Source of the DNA: Pirellulales bacterium
GTDB taxonomy: Bacteria > Planctomycetota > Planctomycetia > Pirellulales > Lacipirellulaceae
Length of the DNA stretch: 64,000 bases
Direction: 5' to 3'
NCBI GenBank assembly: GCA_028279215.1
Contig: JANQOF010000048.1
Span: 6,533-70,532 of the forward strand
The position numbers were made by a program, and so were the translations under genes. Below are positions 59,011-64,000 of the stretch, in pieces (the stretch's first letter is position 1; the number at the start of each line of letters is the position of its first letter). The notes beneath the pieces are model-generated. The model was given only the letters and a program-made list of their open reading frames with translations. It did no database searches and had not been told where the DNA came from.

Positions 59011-59196
59011 GTGGCAAGTAAATCAAAAATCGCCAAAGCCAACCGCGAGCCGAAGTTCAGCACGCGACGCGAGAACCGCTGCCAAATCTGCGGTCGCCCT
59101 CGTGCTGTGTATCGCAAGTTTGGGATTTGCCGGATCTGCTTCCGGAACCTAGCCGACAAAGGCCAGATTCCCGGCGTCCGCAAATCAAGTTGGTAA
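59011..59196 (+). CDS. rpsN: 30S ribosomal protein S14, zinc-binding (type Z)
   Basis: [35 protein letters not shown]; GTG start at 59011. Confidence 0.96.
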   Translation: MASKSKIAKANREPKFSTRRENRCQICGRPRAVYRKFGICRICFRNLADKGQIPGVRKSSW

Positions 59197-59199
59197 TTT

Positions 59200-59275
59200 G
59201 GCTCTCGGCTGTCGGCTAATGGCCGTCAGCCCGAGAAGAGTATTGCTGATAGCTGACAGCCGATTGCTGAAAGCC
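59200..59275. repeat. Heptamer-unit inverted repeat (rpsN-rpsH)
   Basis: ggctctc-ggctgtc-ggctaat-ggccgtc ... gatagct-gacagcc-gattgct-gaaagcc. Confidence 0.8.
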
Positions 59276-59300
59276 ATTACACCCAGGAGTTTCTGGCGCG

Positions 59301-59702
59301 ATGATGACCGACCCGATCGCCGACATGCTCACTCGCATTCGCAATGCCGTTCGCATTGAACGGCCGACGGTGACGCTACCGGTGTCGAAAGTGAAACGCG
59401 GTTTGGCCGAAGTGTTGAAGCGCGAAGGTTACATTTGGGACTGGCACGAGGAAGAGACCGAGGGCCTGCCTCAAAAGCAACTGCACATCGACTTGAAGTA
59501 CGGGCCCAACGGTGAACGGGTGATCCGCCACATCAAGCGGATTAGTAAGCCTGGTTGCCGAGTATACGCCCGAGCAACAACGCTTAAGCCAGTACTCAAC
59601 GGATTGGGCATCTCGGTAATCAGCACCAGCCGAGGCGTGATCAGCGACCGCGAAGCCCGTCAGCGAAAGCTGGGCGGCGAAGTATTGTGTGAGCTTTGGT
59701 AA
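59301..59702 (+). CDS. rpsH: 30S ribosomal protein S8
   Basis: MTDPIADMLTRIRNA, ISKPGCRVY, GISVISTSRGV. Confidence 0.97.
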   Translation: MMTDPIADMLTRIRNAVRIERPTVTLPVSKVKRGLAEVLKREGYIWDWHEEETEGLPQKQLHIDLKYGPNGERVIRHIKRISKPGCRVYARATTLKPVLNGLGISVISTSRGVISDREARQRKLGGEVLCELW

Positions 59703-59706
59703 GAGT

Positions 59707-59762
59707 GGCTATTGGCCTTCGGCTCTTAGCTGGCGGCCAGAGAATGCAGATAGCTGAGAGCA
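59707..59762. repeat. Heptamer-unit inverted repeat (rpsH-rplF)
   Basis: ggctatt-ggccttc-ggctctt-agctggc ... gatagct-gagagca. Confidence 0.7.
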
Positions 59763-59769
59763 AGTAACA

Positions 59770-60312
59770 ATGTCCCGAATTGGCAAGAAACCGGTCGAAA
59801 TTCCCAGCGGCGCAAAGGTCGACATTTCCGGTCGCACCATCACCGTCGAAGGGAAGCTTGGCAAGCTCACGTACGAGCATCGACCCGAGATCAAGGTCGA
59901 GTTGGACGAAGACGGCAAGAACGTCGTTTGCTCGCGTGAAACCGACGTGCGCGAAGTTCGGGCCTATCACGGACTGACGCGGTCGCTGATCGCCAACATG
60001 CTTCAGGGCGTCACCAACGGTTACGAAAAGCGGCTCGAGATTCAGGGTGTTGGTTACCTAGGCGCGATATCGGGCGACACGCTTCAGCTACGCGTAGGTT
60101 TCGCCAATGAAGTGCACAAGAAGATTCCCAAGGGGCTCGACGTCACTTGCCCCGACCAAACCCATATCGTGGTTAAAGGTTGCGACAAGCAGCAGGTTGG
60201 CCAGTTTGCCGCCGAAGTACGTGCTGTCCGCAAACCAGAGCCGTATAAAGGCAAAGGCATCCGCTACGAAGGCGAACAAGTCCGCCGCAAGGCAGGTAAG
60301 ACGGGTGCTTAG
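59770..60312 (+). CDS. rplF: 50S ribosomal protein L6
   Basis: MSRIGKKPV, HGLTRSLIANM, RKPEPYKGKGIRY. Confidence 0.97.
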   Translation: MSRIGKKPVEIPSGAKVDISGRTITVEGKLGKLTYEHRPEIKVELDEDGKNVVCSRETDVREVRAYHGLTRSLIANMLQGVTNGYEKRLEIQGVGYLGAISGDTLQLRVGFANEVHKKIPKGLDVTCPDQTHIVVKGCDKQQVGQFAAEVRAVRKPEPYKGKGIRYEGEQVRRKAGKTGA

Positions 60313-60380
60313 TGCATGTAATGGTTAGAAGTTCGTGACTGACTCACAACTTACGACTAACAAGTAGCGATTGTCGAATC

Positions 60381-60749
60381 ATGGAACATAGTAAAGCCAT
60401 TTTTAAGCAGCGGAATCGTCGGCGGTTTCGTGTCCGCAAGCGAATTAAGGGCACGGCCGATCGCCCGCGATTGAGCGTCACGCGAAGCCATAAGCACATG
60501 TCGGCTCAGCTGATCGACGACATCGCCGGTAAGACGCTCGTCAGTGCGTCGACCCAAGACAAAGAGCTTTCGGGCTCAGTGAAGTATGGCGGCAACGTCG
60601 ATGCTGCCGCAGCCGTTGGCAAGGCGATCGCTGATCGGGCCAAAGCGGCTGGCATCGAGCTGGCTTGCTTCGATCGCGGATCGTACAAGTACCATGGGCG
60701 CGTGGCGGCGTTGGCCGACGCGGCCCGCGAAGGTGGATTACAGTTTTAG
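60381..60749 (+). CDS. rplR: 50S ribosomal protein L18
   Basis: [30 protein letters not shown]. Confidence 0.97.
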   Translation: MEHSKAIFKQRNRRRFRVRKRIKGTADRPRLSVTRSHKHMSAQLIDDIAGKTLVSASTQDKELSGSVKYGGNVDAAAAVGKAIADRAKAAGIELACFDRGSYKYHGRVAALADAAREGGLQF

Positions 60750-60829
60750 ACCAATCGCAGTTTTAGACCAAACAATGTGAGCCGCAGGCGTTAGCCTCGG
60801 ATTGAACTAACCCGCAAGGGCAACGAAGC

Positions 60830-61330
60830 GTGGCAAAGCAACAAGCACAAGAAGAACGCCAACGCGGCGAACTCAACGAACACGTGGTGAAGATCAAGCG
60901 TTGTGCCGCCGTGGTAAAAGGTGGCCGGCGGTTCAGCTTCGCCGCGATGGTGGTTGTGGGCGATGGCAACGGCAAGGTGGGCTGGGGCTACGGCAAGGCC
61001 AATGAAGTGCCGCCGAGCGTCGAGAAGGCTCGCAAAGAGGGAATGCGCAACATGACAGTCATTCCCATGGACGAGGCGACTATCCCGCATCAGGTGATCG
61101 GCGAGTTTGGCGCGGCCCGCGTGGTGTTGGTGCCTGCTTCGCCTGGTACTGGTGTGATCGCCGGTGCGGCCGTTCGGGCGGTGTGCGAAGCTGCCGGCAT
61201 TCACGACATCCTCACCAAGAGCTTCGGTTCGAACAATCCGGTGTCGCTCGTCAAAGCGACCATTGAAGGACTCAAACAACTGCGTCCACGCATGGAAGTC
61301 GAGCGGCTTCGAGGAGTGACCCTGACATGA
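60830..61330 (+). CDS. rpsE: 30S ribosomal protein S5
   Basis: [37 protein letters not shown]. Confidence 0.97.
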   Translation: MAKQQAQEERQRGELNEHVVKIKRCAAVVKGGRRFSFAAMVVVGDGNGKVGWGYGKANEVPPSVEKARKEGMRNMTVIPMDEATIPHQVIGEFGAARVVLVPASPGTGVIAGAAVRAVCEAAGIHDILTKSFGSNNPVSLVKATIEGLKQLRPRMEVERLRGVTLT

Positions 61331-61818
61331 TTCTCGACGACATTCATCGCGGCATTCATAAGGGCCGCAAACGCAAACGTTTGGGTCGCGGCCCGGGTTC
61401 CGGCCACGGCAAGACGTCCGGTCGTGGTCACAAGGGCCAAGGTTCGCGCGCCGGCAGCTCGCGGAAGCCAACCTTCCAAGGTGGCGCCATGCCGCTTGTA
61501 CGGCGTGTCCCCAAGCGAGGTTTCAATAACCGTTGGGCCTTGAAAGTGATGGTGGTGAACGTCGGTGAGATCGAAAAAGCTTTCGAAGCGGGCGACGAAG
61601 TCACCCTCGAAGCGATGGCCGCCAAAAATCTTGCCAAAGGTCGCTACGACGTACTCAAGGTGCTCGGCGACGGCGAACTGACCAAAAAGGTCAAGATCAG
61701 CGCTCACCGGTTTAGCAAGAGTGCCCTCGAGAAGATCGAGAAGGCCGGTGCCGAAGCAATTACGCTGCCCGGTAAGACTCCAGTGGCCCAGCGAGCGAGT
61801 GCGACCAAGAACAAGTGA
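61327..61818 (+). CDS. rplO: 50S ribosomal protein L15
   Basis: [44 protein letters not shown]. Confidence 0.97.
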   Translation: MILDDIHRGIHKGRKRKRLGRGPGSGHGKTSGRGHKGQGSRAGSSRKPTFQGGAMPLVRRVPKRGFNNRWALKVMVVNVGEIEKAFEAGDEVTLEAMAAKNLAKGRYDVLKVLGDGELTKKVKISAHRFSKSALEKIEKAGAEAITLPGKTPVAQRASATKNK

Positions 61819-61995
61819 ACCAATAATCGGCGAGCCGGATCCGTTAGCGCCGCAAGCGTGCCCCGCATGGCACCAGACGCGCCGACTCTTCCGGCTCACG
61901 CCGTTTTAGCTGGTCTTGCGGTTCGGTGTGTATTCTCCGATAGTTAAGGTTTCTCCAATCCACCCGCGGCACCACCGGACAACCGAGTTCCTGCC

Positions 61996-63345
61996 ATGTG
62001 GAAAAAGCTTCGCACAATTTGGTCCATTCCCGAGCTGCGGCGGAAGATCCTGTTCACCATCGGGATGCTCGCAGTTTACCGTTTGGGCTTTCAGATCCGG
62101 CTGCCATTCATTGATCCAGACAAACTGGCCTCTGTGGGTGGCTCCGATGGCACGCTCGGGCAGTTGCTGGCAACGGTATCCACGTTCTCTGGCGCGGGGC
62201 TCGACCAAATCACCATCTTTGGCTTGGGCATCATGCCCTACATTTCGGCGTCGATCATCTTCCAACTGCTCGGTAGCGTGATTCCCTCACTCGAGCGGTT
62301 GCAGAAGGAGGGCGAAACCGGGCGCAAGAAGATCAACGAGTACACACGCTACGCCACGGTCGGCCTTTGCCTGTTTCAAAGTTGGTTCTTCCTTACTTCG
62401 TTCGTCGAAGGTCGCGACTACATTTACGACCAATTCCTAGTCGACGGACACCTGCCGATGAGTTGGCGAATCGTGGCCGTGATGACCATGACCGCTGGCA
62501 CCGTGTTCTTGATGTGGATTGGCGAACAGATCGATGAGTACGGCATTGGCAACGGCATCAGCTTGATCATCATGGCCGGCATCCTGGCCAGCATGCCGGG
62601 TGCTGGCTGGAACCTGTTGCAGCAATTCAAACCCGAGTTGGGCGCCACCAACGGCATTGGCCCCGAAAAGCTGTTGCTGCTGGCTGCGATGTTTGTCGCA
62701 GTGGTTGTGGGCGTGGTGTTCATCACCTTGGGCCAACGTCGCATCCCTATGCAAAGCGCGAAGCACATTCGGGGCCGCCGCGCGATGGGTGGTCAGAAGT
62801 CGTACCTGCCGCTCAAAGTCAATCAAGCGGGTGTGATGCCAATTATCTTCGCGTCGAGCCTGCTGATTTTCCCGATGATCATCTTGCAGCAAATTGGCTC
62901 ACTGCTGACAAGCGACGGCTGGCTCAAGAGTGCGGTGACCTGGTGCAGCGAAGCGCTGCAGCACGATACCTTCACGTACAATGTCAGCTACTTGGTGTTG
63001 ATTTACTTCTTCTGCTTCTTCTGGACAGCCATTACGTTCAATCCCAAGGACATGGCCGATAACCTGAAAAACTTTGGGTCGTTTATCCCCGGCTATCGCC
63101 CGGGCAAGCGAACCGCAGACTACCTTGAAAAGGTCATGGTACGCATCACCTATGTTGGTGCAGGGTTCCTGGCCGTGATTGCCATTATTCCCACCATCAT
63201 TTCAGCCGCGCTGAATGTCGATTACACGATCGCCATGTTCTATGGTGGCACGAGCCTGCTGATTGCCGTGAGTGTGGGTTTCGATCTGGTGCAGAAGATC
63301 GATAGCCATTTGGTGATGCGGAATTACAAGGGATTGCTCGAGTAA
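61996..63345 (+). CDS. secY: Preprotein translocase subunit SecY
   Basis: IFGLGIMPYISASIIFQLL, GIGNGISLII, PLKVNQAGVMPIIFASS, FIPGYRPGKRT, GGTSLLI.V.V. Confidence 0.98.
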   Translation: MWKKLRTIWSIPELRRKILFTIGMLAVYRLGFQIRLPFIDPDKLASVGGSDGTLGQLLATVSTFSGAGLDQITIFGLGIMPYISASIIFQLLGSVIPSLERLQKEGETGRKKINEYTRYATVGLCLFQSWFFLTSFVEGRDYIYDQFLVDGHLPMSWRIVAVMTMTAGTVFLMWIGEQIDEYGIGNGISLIIMAGILASMPGAGWNLLQQFKPELGATNGIGPEKLLLLAAMFVAVVVGVVFITLGQRRIPMQSAKHIRGRRAMGGQKSYLPLKVNQAGVMPIIFASSLLIFPMIILQQIGSLLTSDGWLKSAVTWCSEALQHDTFTYNVSYLVLIYFFCFFWTAITFNPKDMADNLKNFGSFIPGYRPGKRTADYLEKVMVRITYVGAGFLAVIAIIPTIISAALNVDYTIAMFYGGTSLLIAVSVGFDLVQKIDSHLVMRNYKGLLE

Positions 63346-63426
63346 CTGCTGTTGAGATTCAACGAGCCGGTGCAGTTGGCTTGGCGGGCCGTCGCACTTC
63401 GACTACCGACGCGGGGCAAACCAACA

Positions 63427-63984
63427 ATGCGGCTTGTGTTCCTCGGACCACCCGGCGCTGGCAAAGGCACTCAGTCGGTGCGCCTTGCAGAGCAATTCGG
63501 CCTGGCTCACCTGTCGACCGGCGAGATGCTTCGCGCTTCGCGCTCCCACCGCACTGAGCTAGGCCTGCTTGTGGCCGACTATCTCGACAATGGCCAACTC
63601 GTGCCCGACCAGGAGGTACTCGACATCGTGGCCAAGCGGCTCGACGACGACGATTGCCAGCCGGGCGTTATTTTCGATGGGTTTCCCCGCACGTTGGCTC
63701 AGGCCGAGGCCCTCGATCGTTTGCTGGCGCAACGTCACACGCCACTCGACTTGGTGGTGGAACTTCTGATCGACCAGGGTGAACTGCTCAAGCGGCTGAT
63801 GAAACGGGGCCGCGGCGACGATAATATGGCAACTATCCAGCAACGGTTGCAAAGTTACGAAAACCAGACCGCTCCGTTGGTAAGATACTACTCGGAACGC
63901 AAAATGTTGCGTTCCATCGACGCATCTGGTACCACGGACGAGGTGTTCCAGTCACTATCCACGGCACTCGAAGCTTTGGAGTAA
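63427..63984 (+). CDS. adk: Adenylate kinase, short-LID type
   Basis: LGPPGAGKGTQ, HLSTGEMLR, GQLVPD, DGFPRT, RGRGDD; start ATG 63427. Confidence 0.95.
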   Translation: MRLVFLGPPGAGKGTQSVRLAEQFGLAHLSTGEMLRASRSHRTELGLLVADYLDNGQLVPDQEVLDIVAKRLDDDDCQPGVIFDGFPRTLAQAEALDRLLAQRHTPLDLVVELLIDQGELLKRLMKRGRGDDNMATIQQRLQSYENQTAPLVRYYSERKMLRSIDASGTTDEVFQSLSTALEALE

Positions 63985-64000
63985 TTTGCGTTGCCCCATT

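Noticed and set aside
57846-59183. 445-aa antisense ORF crossing several ribosomal genes
   Set aside because: rplX and rplE share a frame, so the stop-poor antisense frame carries over; the translation has no family features.
1-64000. CRISPR array, tRNA, rRNA or known riboswitch
   Set aside because: No constant-length repeat-spacer series, cloverleaf or rRNA signature was seen. The heptamer arrays lack unique spacers and cas genes. A covariance-model scan would be needed to exclude small RNAs.

Overview
GC-rich bacterial chromosome segment, most likely from a planctomycete (order Pirellulales, probably Lacipirellulaceae-like). This is inferred from PEP-CTERM proteins with dockerin-like repeats, a DUF1559 prepilin-like protein, a prenyltransferase-repeat protein, and the absence of rpmD. 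The last 12 kb hold the S10-spc ribosomal protein cluster (rpsJ to rplO, secY, adk). Other housekeeping genes are mfd, cysD/cysNC, dxr-rseP, ftsH and gyrA. Accessory content includes a decayed IS701-family element with intact terminal inverted repeats, a small island of pseudogenes next to dinD, a SET-domain gene, a myo-inositol oxygenase plus sodium symporter pair, and three PEP-CTERM genes. Most interesting: (1) a BlaI repressor with its TACA-NN-TGTA operator, paired with an M56/BlaR1 peptidase whose sensor end is a Wza-like polysaccharide-export module; (2) an orphan Zn-alcohol dehydrogenase with a microcompartment-encapsulation-peptide-like N-terminus; (3) a family of heptamer-built inverted-repeat elements sitting 3-5 nt after stop codons across the ribosomal operon; (4) a TrhO-pseudouridine synthase fusion overlapping a SpoU methyltransferase; (5) two small basic proteins sharing a C-terminal GxHxRRxKxxxW motif around an atypical receiver domain. 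No rRNA, tRNA or CRISPR array was recognised. All family assignments come from motif recognition by eye; no database search was run.
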